The notes under the pieces were generated by a model, which saw only the letters and a program-made list of their open reading frames with translations, searched no databases and was not told the origin of the DNA. From a virus (lineage: Duplodnaviria > Caudoviricetes), in IMG/VR virus record IMGVR_UViG_3300016667_001185, positions 1 through 32,371 of that record: a stretch of DNA of 32,371 bases; one strand, given 5' to 3'. A program made the position numbers and the translations under genes. Below are positions 10,401 through 17,205 of this stretch, piece after piece (position 1 is the stretch's first letter; each line of letters opens with the position of its first letter).

Positions 10401-10972
10401 AATTGAAAAGCTTATTCAACGCAATCTCTTTTAGAGACTCTGCCGATGCACCACCTTCTTTTGAAAAAGTGAAACGCCAGATCGCAAAATTCGTTCCCAC
10501 GATCACGATCGGATCCAATGGATCTATGATAGAAAGCTCGAACTACACGACCGGTAACGATGCTTTGCTGAGCACGATCATGATGCTCAGAAATTCTCAA
10601 GCCGCTGCCAATCCTGCCCAACCGAACGGATCAGGCGTGGGTGACCTACCGCTACGCATCATCCCAGGTTCTTTGACAGTCAATTCGTTGGGCTGTCCTC
10701 TGGTCGAGTACATGCAACAGTTCTTCGTTGACCTAGGCACGGGAACCACCGCGGACAACCTTTACAACGTGACGGGATTGACTCATACTTTTACTCCTGG
10801 AAAATTTAGCACGCAGATAAAGTTTACGTTCGCCGATGCCTACGGCCGCTATGAGAGCCCACAATCCTTCATCGACGGTGTGACAGCAGAGCTTAATAGA
10901 TTCCAAAATGATCTTGAAAAATCTAAAAAAGCTGAAGAAGACAAGATCAAAAAAGCTAGAGGAACCAAATAA
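7415..10972 (+). CDS. Baseplate hub-like (gp27/gpD-like) structural protein with large insertions
   Basis: 1185 aa, follows the LysM gene. Beta-rich ATLTLKIFD...VWLTYGW and the C-terminal SLGCP...LYNVTGLTHTFTPGKFSTQIKF are typical of hub proteins. Confidence 0.55.
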   Translation: MANNQRSIIDFYRDFETTGIQGARIISRSFNGKLENKDITFETIFKLLYPDTAALSSAEDMWRTLSELGTSPPSSGAGSENQDNTKGVKEITKLLRIYHTAFSVDNNDLSTKIKKFYDDGGRPSAYKAYSDNKYETVNNPLYSIGNAGGKKPESPSSGPSLTYILLDTPNIDIKLRNADKASVFLNYVPSIIASQLQPYLDVEFGMSRNTESNAQNVNKLSTMSQIKFLMGPESIVPGSVNEKIHNASKKPWTSPKPANDAAAHAELIKQQLRGQFTAWKLAKEQYEKTQTTSVKNSDGKYVKAPAQYPVPPPPDPDSKDKKIQELVKQYVDSVSASPPSTITGKEVLTAGIELFTMPQTLLNMDPLSNNGRFQPVINPTMPFGAITNLTIDIRPSVGVISFKTATLTLKIFDRSRLVEIADFLNPKLYQAVTVWLTYGWRAPVFPPQSRPGLANDIKIYADFINENMLKREAYGVRNVSVSTEPNGVTTVTLSLFTRGGAELLEVKDSRSGDFDKIREKIGAELEEIKALAKKFGLQSFADAGKELRGSQVISAALAGDIIAVDTKELSTIASSLKKILEEKGFGAEAGRLESLLKQVYGKSSADGKSLLDDKLEGAARGLARSRFYSLLDNVSIRSDVWTVPNEISDSNSSSTANKFENESDDMPKPTALQKIHAAAVARAGQDASKGSKDQSGNQVFGGFGSLSFARLFASYFFDIARGLTDSSVIDDVQVIFYNLNSLAGPVANLNIAEFPIEMAPLEEAYTKKVADQKGENMSFTTLLEVIKDSQFSRMQHRAYGFQSYYTPDKKTGKLIQDEKQSKELSAAVLRNYGLPGAFTLPAIEFYIETSFASSQTKLPVDLLESIDLSRRSGAGGNSTKNIKKIMRIHIYDKSAIPHQAATQILSTPNGYIELDSEVYRALQNRNRESALQIGEASKKVEEIKAVIEKLQNRINEFKQKIEATGQLAAADANLEVFRKIAQQLELGDEIINDDEKLKSLFNAISFRDSADAPPSFEKVKRQIAKFVPTITIGSNGSMIESSNYTTGNDALLSTIMMLRNSQAAANPAQPNGSGVGDLPLRIIPGSLTVNSLGCPLVEYMQQFFVDLGTGTTADNLYNVTGLTHTFTPGKFSTQIKFTFADAYGRYESPQSFIDGVTAELNRFQNDLEKSKKAEEDKIKKARGTK

Positions 10973-10988
10973 TAGCGCCTGAGAGATA

Positions 10989-11053
10989 ACAACCACAAGT
11001 TCAACAAAATTTAACAAGAGTATAAATTTTGAAATTCGGTGACTTGTGGTTGT
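10989..11053. other. Long imperfect inverted repeat between the hub gene and polA
   Basis: ACAACCACAAGT (10989-11000) pairs with ACTTGTGGTTGT (11042-11053). Inner CAAAATTTA (11005-11013) pairs with TAAATTTTG (11023-11031). Confidence 0.75.
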
Positions 11054-11058
11054 AGATT
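11029..11058 (+). promoter_or_regulatory. Sigma70-like promoter, predicted leaderless transcript
   Basis: TTGAAA-18 nt-TAGATT-6 nt-GTG(11065); no SD. Confidence 0.55.
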
Positions 11059-11064
11059 ATAATC

Positions 11065-12261
11065 GTGAGTATCACAATTGACTCTTCCTTGCTTGGAACG
11101 TCGGAGCATCTCTGCGTAGATCATGACGGTTTCACTAGAGTGAAAAACGTCGATAAAGAGTCTTGGCATCTTTCAGGAGAGATCAAGCTAGCGTCGAACC
11201 GTTGTTGGGACACAGCTCTGAAGTTAGCTGGAAAGTATTCACTTCCAACACCTCCAGAAAAGTACAGGAAGATGATGAGTGTGATCATACCTCCTGGCTC
11301 AAAAGTACCGTGGTCATTCGTAATTCCCAAGGCTGAGTACCAATCTTATTTCAAGGGAATGGTTTCTGCTGCTTCTGTTCAAGATGTTGATACGAGCTAT
11401 TACGAAAACATTTGGGTTCACGGTAACCAGCTATTGAGCTCGCTTCGAGCCGCAAAGGTTGATGGACAGTTGATAGACAAGCTGTCTGCGGAGTCGGTTC
11501 ATTCTTCTTCCACTGTTTCATCTTTTGCTCCACGAGGAGGTGGGTATGCGCAGCCTGTTGTTTATGATAGATTTGGCACCGTCACAGGACGATTGGTCGT
11601 AGAGTCCGGGCCAAACATCCTGTTGCTGAAGAAAGAGCACAGATCAATCCTGCGACCGTCCACACCAGGCGGAGCCATCGTCTCTCTTGATTTTTCAGCT
11701 CTTGAGGCACGAATTCTTTTATACGAATCCGGTGGAACATGCGGGGATGAGGATCTCTATGAGTCTATTGCCCGCCGTGTCGGTTCAACCTCCCGTTCCA
11801 TTGTCAAGGCAGCCGTCTTAGCCGAGCTCTATGGGTCATCAAAAAATGCTTTGGCATTGACGCTAGGGATGTCCCACGAACATTTATCAGAATTTATTCG
11901 TAAGGTCGAGGAGGTGATCAACACGAAGAAGCTCCTTGCTTCTCTTAAAAAACAATTTTCCAATGAAGGATGGATCACAAACAAGTACGGCCGGAGAATA
12001 GAGGTGTCCCGCCCGCAAGATAACATCTTTGTGAACTACTACGCTCAAAGCACAGGTGTAGACGTGTCACTCTACGGGTTCAATAAGATCTTAAATGAGC
12101 TTGGACTTGACGGGATCAGACCTCTATTCGTTCTTCACGACGCGTTGATTCTTGACGTCAGGGAAGATCGATTGAAAAATGTGGAAAGCATGAAGTCAGT
12201 GTCTGTCCCAGGATATTCCAGCAAGTTTCCTCTTAAGTTAGAGATGCTTCAAGGTCAATGA
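11065..12261 (+). CDS. polA: Compact family-A DNA polymerase (polymerase domain only)
   Basis: TVTGRL, motif A SLDFSALEARIL, motif B RSIVKAAVLAELYG, NYYAQSTGVD, motif C LHDALILDV. 398 aa with no recognisable exonuclease domain. Confidence 0.85.
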   Translation: MSITIDSSLLGTSEHLCVDHDGFTRVKNVDKESWHLSGEIKLASNRCWDTALKLAGKYSLPTPPEKYRKMMSVIIPPGSKVPWSFVIPKAEYQSYFKGMVSAASVQDVDTSYYENIWVHGNQLLSSLRAAKVDGQLIDKLSAESVHSSSTVSSFAPRGGGYAQPVVYDRFGTVTGRLVVESGPNILLLKKEHRSILRPSTPGGAIVSLDFSALEARILLYESGGTCGDEDLYESIARRVGSTSRSIVKAAVLAELYGSSKNALALTLGMSHEHLSEFIRKVEEVINTKKLLASLKKQFSNEGWITNKYGRRIEVSRPQDNIFVNYYAQSTGVDVSLYGFNKILNELGLDGIRPLFVLHDALILDVREDRLKNVESMKSVSVPGYSSKFPLKLEMLQGQ

Positions 12262-12287
12262 ACATTCCATCATCGATGCTATAATGT
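12258..12287 (+). promoter_or_regulatory. Sigma70-like promoter, predicted leaderless or very short leader
   Basis: ATGAAC-18-TAATGT-7-ATG(12295). An extended -10 TGCTATAAT overlaps at 12277-12285; no SD. Confidence 0.55.
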
Positions 12288-12294
12288 GATTTTT

Positions 12295-12891
12295 ATGAGT
12301 TTAAGTCCTGAAGAAATTGCAACCAATTTTGATAAGTTTCGTTCATTGTGCGAGAGATTGGGTGACAGATCGTCTGCTGCTCTTGCTCTGGTCGATCACT
12401 TTGGAGAGAGATTGGCACTATGTCCTGCCTCAGGTCGCAAAGATTTTCACTTGGCAATTCCTGGAGGGTTGGTCGATCATTCGTTAAGAGTTCTTTCCAA
12501 TGCGATGAAGTTGTGTAAGGCATTTGAACACAACATCCCAAAAGATTCTCTCATCATAGGATGTTTATTCCACGATATCGGCAAGCTGGGCGATTTGGAA
12601 CATGATTATTATGTTCCTCAAGATTCCGATTGGCATAGAGAAAAACTCGGCGAAAACTACAAGCATAACAAGAACATTAAGTACATGACTGTTCCTCACA
12701 GAGGCGTGTGGTTGTGTCAACATTTCGGACTACAACTAACTCAAGATGAGTGGTTGTCTATCATGTTGAATGATGGATGGGTTCTTCAAGAGAATAAGGC
12801 TTACTGCCTCAAGGAGTCCGATCTTGTTCATGTCGTTCAGACAGCAGACTATATCTCGACAAAGAAAGAAAAAGAATCCGTTGACGAATAG
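12295..12891 (+). CDS. HD-domain phosphohydrolase (YhaM-like)
   Basis: HLAIPGGLVDHSL...LFHDIGK...H...TADYIS matches the YhaM-type HD pattern. Confidence 0.85.
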   Translation: MSLSPEEIATNFDKFRSLCERLGDRSSAALALVDHFGERLALCPASGRKDFHLAIPGGLVDHSLRVLSNAMKLCKAFEHNIPKDSLIIGCLFHDIGKLGDLEHDYYVPQDSDWHREKLGENYKHNKNIKYMTVPHRGVWLCQHFGLQLTQDEWLSIMLNDGWVLQENKAYCLKESDLVHVVQTADYISTKKEKESVDE

Positions 12892-12894
12892 TTA
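12888..12894 (+). promoter_or_regulatory. Putative late-promoter heptamer ATAGTTA
   Basis: Same motif class recurs at 2278, 13436, 18650, 24600, 28511 and on the minus strand at 32270-32276. Lies 6 nt before ATG 12901. Confidence 0.45.
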
Positions 12895-12900
12895 GGGTGT

Positions 12901-13113
12901 ATGAATGATATTTTACGCCGCTATATCGTAGAAGTTATTAAGACAGATTCTATAGTGGACGAAGACGAAGAAAGTCTAGAGTCAGATGTCAACGAATTTA
13001 GCGGCGTTGCATCCATTGCAGGTTTCACTGCTCCCTTAGGCATGTCTGGTCAAGACATGCAAGCGCCTGGGGTCAAAGAGAGAAAAAAGAGGAAGAAGTC
13101 AACCTGGAAATGA
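12901..13113 (+). CDS. Small hypothetical protein, putative head-internal protein
   Basis: N-terminal ILRRYIVEVI, acidic linker, VNE site and basic tail KERKKRKKSTWK. Confidence 0.7.
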   Translation: MNDILRRYIVEVIKTDSIVDEDEESLESDVNEFSGVASIAGFTAPLGMSGQDMQAPGVKERKKRKKSTWK

Positions 13114-13114
13114 C

Positions 13115-13423
13115 ATGAAGCGTCTGATCCTACCCTACCTTTCTTTGTTTGTCCTGGGAGTCCTAGGAGCCCACATAACGAAGAAAGTTCAAAGTGGAAT
13201 GTGGCCCATATGGGCGACCATAGGTCCGTCTATTCTCAGCGGAATGTTGTGGGGATGGATAGCAAGGAGATCCCAGAGTCTCAGCCTCATGTCAGTTCTA
13301 TTTGATGTTATTTACACTGCAGCGTTCGTCTTCGGATTTTTTCTCTTGGGTGATCGTCTCACACCTCTTCAGGTTGTAGGATTCATCGTTTCGCTCATCG
13401 GCGTTGCGATGATGGCAGCTTAA
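13115..13423 (+). CDS. Small 4-TM membrane protein, DMT superfamily (SMR/EamA-like)
   Basis: 102 aa with four hydrophobic segments. The C-terminal FFLLGDRLTPLQVVGFIVSLIGVAMM is a DMT-type signature. Confidence 0.7.
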   Translation: MKRLILPYLSLFVLGVLGAHITKKVQSGMWPIWATIGPSILSGMLWGWIARRSQSLSLMSVLFDVIYTAAFVFGFFLLGDRLTPLQVVGFIVSLIGVAMMAA

Positions 13424-13463
13424 ATCTCCGTTGTAATATTTATGTTGTCGACTAGATCGGCGC

Positions 13464-13680
13464 GGAAACGGAATGGGAAAGCGGTAAACAACATGGAAAA
13501 CCTATTTTTGTTCTGCCCAGAACAGGCATCGTGCAAAGATATCTTGACGAATGTTAGTTTGATACAACTCTTTCGTTGCAGGTTAGGTTGACAAATACTC
13601 AGATTGATAAGCTCGGTGGCTTATGACACGGTGTCATAACATCGAAATTTGAAGTCGAAAGAGGAAGCGGAATAGGAAAA
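13464..13680 (+). repeat. Two copies of an 18-nt (GGAANN)3 repeat in the SSB upstream region
   Basis: GGAAACGGAATGGGAAAG (13464-13481) and GGAAGCGGAATAGGAAAA (13663-13680), 15/18 identical. Confidence 0.75.
13621..13639. promoter_or_regulatory. Perfect palindrome, operator- or hairpin-like
   Basis: TTATGACAC-G-GTGTCATAA. It overlaps a second hairpin, ATAAGC(13607-13612)/GCTTAT(13619-13624). Confidence 0.55.
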
Positions 13681-13684
13681 CAAA

Positions 13685-14524
13685 ATGGCAATTGATCTAG
13701 AAGCAATTAAGCGTCGTGTTGCAGAGCTCAGTGGTGTGAAGAAGACGTCTTCAGTCCAGATGTGGAAGCCACAAATTGGTGAGTACAAGATTAGGTGTCT
13801 TCCTTGGAAGAATGCTCCTGAAGGCCAACCTTTCGCAGAGAGGTGGTTCTACTACATCGGCGAGAACGCAGGTCTTCTCGCGCCAAATCAGTTTGGTAAG
13901 CCAGACCCCATCAATGATCTGATCCGTAAGCTATATAGCAGCGGTAAACCTGATGACAGAGTTCTAGCTAAGAAGTTGGCGCCGAAGATGCGTTGTTACG
14001 CCCCAGTCATCGTAAGGGGTGAGGAGGATAAGGGCGTGCAGGTCTGGGCATTCGGTAAGATTGTCTACCAACGTATGCTTGGTTTCTTCCTCGACGAGGA
14101 GGTGGGAGACATTCTCGATCCGAACCAAGGTTTTGATCTGAAAGTCACGATCTCGAAAGCCCCAGGTAAACAATTCAATGATACCATGGTGGATCCTGCT
14201 CGTCGTCCTTCAAAGCTTCATGAGGATCAAAAGACCATGGCAACATGGTTGGAGAACATTCCAAATATTGACGACATGTATCGTCTCAAGTCCACTCAAG
14301 AGATTGAGGCGGTTCTTAACAATTGGCTCAATGGTGGAGCCACGGATGATACTCCAACAGAGACGACCAGAGGTCCAGCCACAGCAGATGCTCTTGACGA
14401 TCTCGTTGCAGAGGTGAAGGCTTCATCTCCTGAGAAACCTAAGAAACCGAAGAAGGCAGATGATGATGCTCCCAAGAAGCAATCTTTAGATGATGCATTC
14501 GCCGACCTAATGGGCGACGAGTGA
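13685..14524 (+). CDS. gp32-like single-stranded DNA-binding protein
   Basis: WKP..G...IRCLP...DPI...YAPVIVRG.E..GVQVWAFGK...G..LDP..GFDLKV with an acidic tail DDAFADLMGDE; upstream of recA. Confidence 0.8.
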   Translation: MAIDLEAIKRRVAELSGVKKTSSVQMWKPQIGEYKIRCLPWKNAPEGQPFAERWFYYIGENAGLLAPNQFGKPDPINDLIRKLYSSGKPDDRVLAKKLAPKMRCYAPVIVRGEEDKGVQVWAFGKIVYQRMLGFFLDEEVGDILDPNQGFDLKVTISKAPGKQFNDTMVDPARRPSKLHEDQKTMATWLENIPNIDDMYRLKSTQEIEAVLNNWLNGGATDDTPTETTRGPATADALDDLVAEVKASSPEKPKKPKKADDDAPKKQSLDDAFADLMGDE

Positions 14525-14534
14525 TTTGAAGATA

Positions 14535-14572
14535 TCAAGCGCCGGGGATTTTTATATTTCCCCGGCGCTTGA
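14535..14572 (+). terminator. 14-bp GC-rich stem-loop after SSB (terminator, attenuator or processing site)
   Basis: TCAAGCGCCGGGGA / TCCCCGGCGCTTGA with a 10-nt loop; only a weak U-tract follows. Confidence 0.6.
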
Positions 14573-14598
14573 ACTATTTAGCATGTTAAAAGGATAAT
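14569..14598 (+). promoter_or_regulatory. Sigma70-like promoter for recA
   Basis: TTGAAC-18-GATAAT-6-ATG(14605). Confidence 0.45.
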
Positions 14599-14604
14599 AA
14601 CTGC

Positions 14605-15792
14605 ATGGCAAAAAGAGAGAAGTCAGAAGAAATCGAGACCGTGACTAAGAAGTCTGAGGTTGATAATATGATGAAAGATCTCATTTCATCTATCAATAAG
14701 GAATTTGGTCAACGTATTGCTTATAATTTGTCAGAGATGGATGCTCCCACTGTGGTCAAGCGGTGGATCGATACAGGATCTATTCAACTCAATTACGCGA
14801 TTCGTAATGCGATGGGTGGTGGATACCCAGAAGGTCGAATCATAGAAATTGCAGGTTTACCTTCATCAGGTAAATCACATCTTGCTTATCATGCAGCGTC
14901 TGTGGTTCAACAAATGGGAGGTCTTGTCGTATATATCGATACAGAAAATGCAACTCCTGTCGCAAAACTAGCAGACATGGGTATCGATGTCCGCAAACGG
15001 TTTGTTTACTGCGATTCTCATTGTACTGAAGAAGTTTTTTCTATTATTGAATCTACTATCACCAAAGCGAAGCAAGTTCTCGACAAGAACATCCCTATTC
15101 TTGTCATTTGGGATTCTGTAGCGGCAACTTCTCCAAAGGCAGAACTGGATGGTGATTACGACCAAAATTCGATCGGTCTTCAGGCCCGCGCGATCTCAAA
15201 GGGTATGCGTAAGATCACAGGAGTCATTGGACAGAACAACGTGACTCTTCTCTGCATTAATCAAATTAGAGATGCCATTGGAGTGATGCACGGAGATCCA
15301 ACTACAACCCCTGGCGGACGTGCTATTCCATTTCACTCTTCAGTTCGAATTCGTTTAGGCAGCGGCAATCAGGTGAAAGACAAGAATGGTAATCCAATTG
15401 GCATTCACACGACCGTTACCCTTAAAAAGAATAAAGTAGCTGCTCCTTTCCGTAAGTGCGAATTCGACATCATCTTCGGTAAGGGTATAGTTGAAGACGA
15501 ATATCTTTTTGACGAAGTTAGATCTCACTGCAAGACAAATGGGCCTGTCAAGCGTGATGGTCTTGAGATCAATATCAGCGGCGAAGGTGCGTGGAAAGAA
15601 CTGTCTGTAATCAATGCAAAGACAGGCGAAGTCGTGGTAGAGAAAAAATTCTACAAATCTGAGTTCGGAGACATGTTAAAGGACGAGAAATATTCCAGCT
15701 ATCTTTTAACAGCTATTGATTCTGCTCTTGTGACAACTGGTGGCGAACCTTCTGGCGAAGGCGATGGCGAAGGAGGAATGTCAGATGAGTGA
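14605..15792 (+). CDS. recA: RecA/UvsX recombinase
   Basis: GGYPEGRIIEIAGLPSSGKS (Walker A), YIDTE, WDSVAA, INQIR, PGGRAIPFHSSVRI, KNKVAAPF. Confidence 0.95.
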   Translation: MAKREKSEEIETVTKKSEVDNMMKDLISSINKEFGQRIAYNLSEMDAPTVVKRWIDTGSIQLNYAIRNAMGGGYPEGRIIEIAGLPSSGKSHLAYHAASVVQQMGGLVVYIDTENATPVAKLADMGIDVRKRFVYCDSHCTEEVFSIIESTITKAKQVLDKNIPILVIWDSVAATSPKAELDGDYDQNSIGLQARAISKGMRKITGVIGQNNVTLLCINQIRDAIGVMHGDPTTTPGGRAIPFHSSVRIRLGSGNQVKDKNGNPIGIHTTVTLKKNKVAAPFRKCEFDIIFGKGIVEDEYLFDEVRSHCKTNGPVKRDGLEINISGEGAWKELSVINAKTGEVVVEKKFYKSEFGDMLKDEKYSSYLLTAIDSALVTTGGEPSGEGDGEGGMSDE

Positions 15793-16225
15793 TGTATTCT
15801 GGATTCGATGTGAAGTAGACAGTGAAGATCTTGTTCCGAAGTATCAAACACAAGGATCGGCAGGTTGCGATCTATATGCTAATGAATACTTGACGATCAA
15901 ACCCGGCCGAAGGGCGATGGTCGCGACTGGATTAAAAATCGAACTACCTCCTGGTTTCGAGGCACAGGTTAGACCTAGATCAGGTCTCGCGGCAAAATAT
16001 GGAATTACTGTTCTTAACTCACCAGGAACCGTAGATGAAGACTACAGAGGTGAGATTAAGGTCATACTATTAAACACGGGTGATGAAGAATTTATTGTCA
16101 ATAAAGGTGATAGGATTGCCCAGTTGGTGTTTTCTAGAGTTTTTCGTGGGATATTTCAAACAGTTGATAGCTTGTCTTCAACGTCTCGTGGTGGTGGTGG
16201 TTTCGGTTCAACAGGCAAAACATGA
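15785..16225 (+). CDS. dut: Trimeric dUTPase
   Basis: AGCDL, RPRSGLA, GTVDEDYRGE, GDRIAQLV, RGGGGFGSTG. Start reassigned to ATG 15785 (SD GGAGG). Confidence 0.95.
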   Translation: MSDVFWIRCEVDSEDLVPKYQTQGSAGCDLYANEYLTIKPGRRAMVATGLKIELPPGFEAQVRPRSGLAAKYGITVLNSPGTVDEDYRGEIKVILLNTGDEEFIVNKGDRIAQLVFSRVFRGIFQTVDSLSSTSRGGGGFGSTGKT

Positions 16226-17205
16226 GTTCAGATAGACCCATCTTGATAGTGGATGGTGCAAATCTTTTCATCAGAAGTTGGTCGGCTTTCCCATCTATGT
16301 CTTCTCATGGATATCAGATGGGAGGTTGTATCGGCTTTTTGAAAACTTTAAAGAGAATTGTTACAGAAATTCAACCGAGGTTTGTGGTTGTTGCCTGGGA
16401 AGGTGGCGGTTCATCTCGACGTAGAAAGATATATCCTGATTACAAGTTAGGACGTCGTCCTGAAAAGCTAAACAGATTTTATGGAGATGACATTCCTGAA
16501 TCTGAAGAAAACAGAAAGCATCAGATGTTGTCTCTACTTGATATGCTGAAATCAGTTCCAGTGTGTCAAGTCTATGTGCCTGATTGCGAAGGTGATGACA
16601 TCATAGCTTTTTTGTGCAAAGGATATTTTAGACAAAACGAAAAAATCATAGTTTCATCTGATAAAGACATGTATCAACTTTTGGATGAAAAGACTAGGAT
16701 TTATTCTCTACACAAAAAGCTAGTTTTGTCAAAAGATGACATATTTGATGAGTTTAGAATAAAAACTCACAACTTTGCGATGGCAAAAGCAATTTGTGGC
16801 GATCCTGGAGACAACATCCCTGGAATAAAAGGACTAGGGTTTAAAACTGTGTCAAAAAAGATGCCATTTTTAGGCGGTGACGCTGAAGTCTTGATCGACG
16901 AAGTCGTCTCTTTTTGCCACTCTAGAATGCCTGAATCCTCTATTTACAAACGAATTGTAGAGAACGAGAGTGTGATTCGAAGGAATTGGAAGCTGATTTA
17001 TCTCGACGGTAGCATGTTATCTGCCACACAGATTTCTAAGGTGCAACATGTTATAGATACATTTGCACCGCACACGAATAGGATTGCTTTGATCAAGTCG
17101 CTTGTCAAAGAAGGTATCGGCGATTTCAATGTAGAAGATTTCTTTTACGCCTTTAGGTGTATCGATAATGCTCCTTATGCTGGCGGAGAACAAAATGCAG
17201 GATAA
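16222..17205 (+). CDS. 5'-3' exonuclease / flap endonuclease (T4 RNase H-like)
   Basis: IVDGANL, RRKIYPDYK, EGDDII, SSDKDMYQL, GDPGDNIPGIKGLGFKT (H3TH motif). Confidence 0.92.
   Translation: MSSDRPILIVDGANLFIRSWSAFPSMSSHGYQMGGCIGFLKTLKRIVTEIQPRFVVVAWEGGGSSRRRKIYPDYKLGRRPEKLNRFYGDDIPESEENRKHQMLSLLDMLKSVPVCQVYVPDCEGDDIIAFLCKGYFRQNEKIIVSSDKDMYQLLDEKTRIYSLHKKLVLSKDDIFDEFRIKTHNFAMAKAICGDPGDNIPGIKGLGFKTVSKKMPFLGGDAEVLIDEVVSFCHSRMPESSIYKRIVENESVIRRNWKLIYLDGSMLSATQISKVQHVIDTFAPHTNRIALIKSLVKEGIGDFNVEDFFYAFRCIDNAPYAGGEQNAG

Noticed and set aside
213-11017. Many minus-strand and alternate-frame ORFs (e.g. 2200-2853, 2952-3419, 9096-9554)
   Set aside because: They are shadows of long + strand genes, with no motifs or start signals.
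13470-13530. GGGAAAGCGGTAAA resembles the start of a cobalamin riboswitch (the phage has NrdJ)
   Set aside because: The downstream conserved elements (AAxTCC, GCCACTG, B12 box) are missing, and the element is not upstream of nrdJ.
13464-13680. Possible mini-CRISPR array from the two 18-nt repeats
   Set aside because: Only two degenerate, non-palindromic copies about 180 nt apart, and no cas genes.
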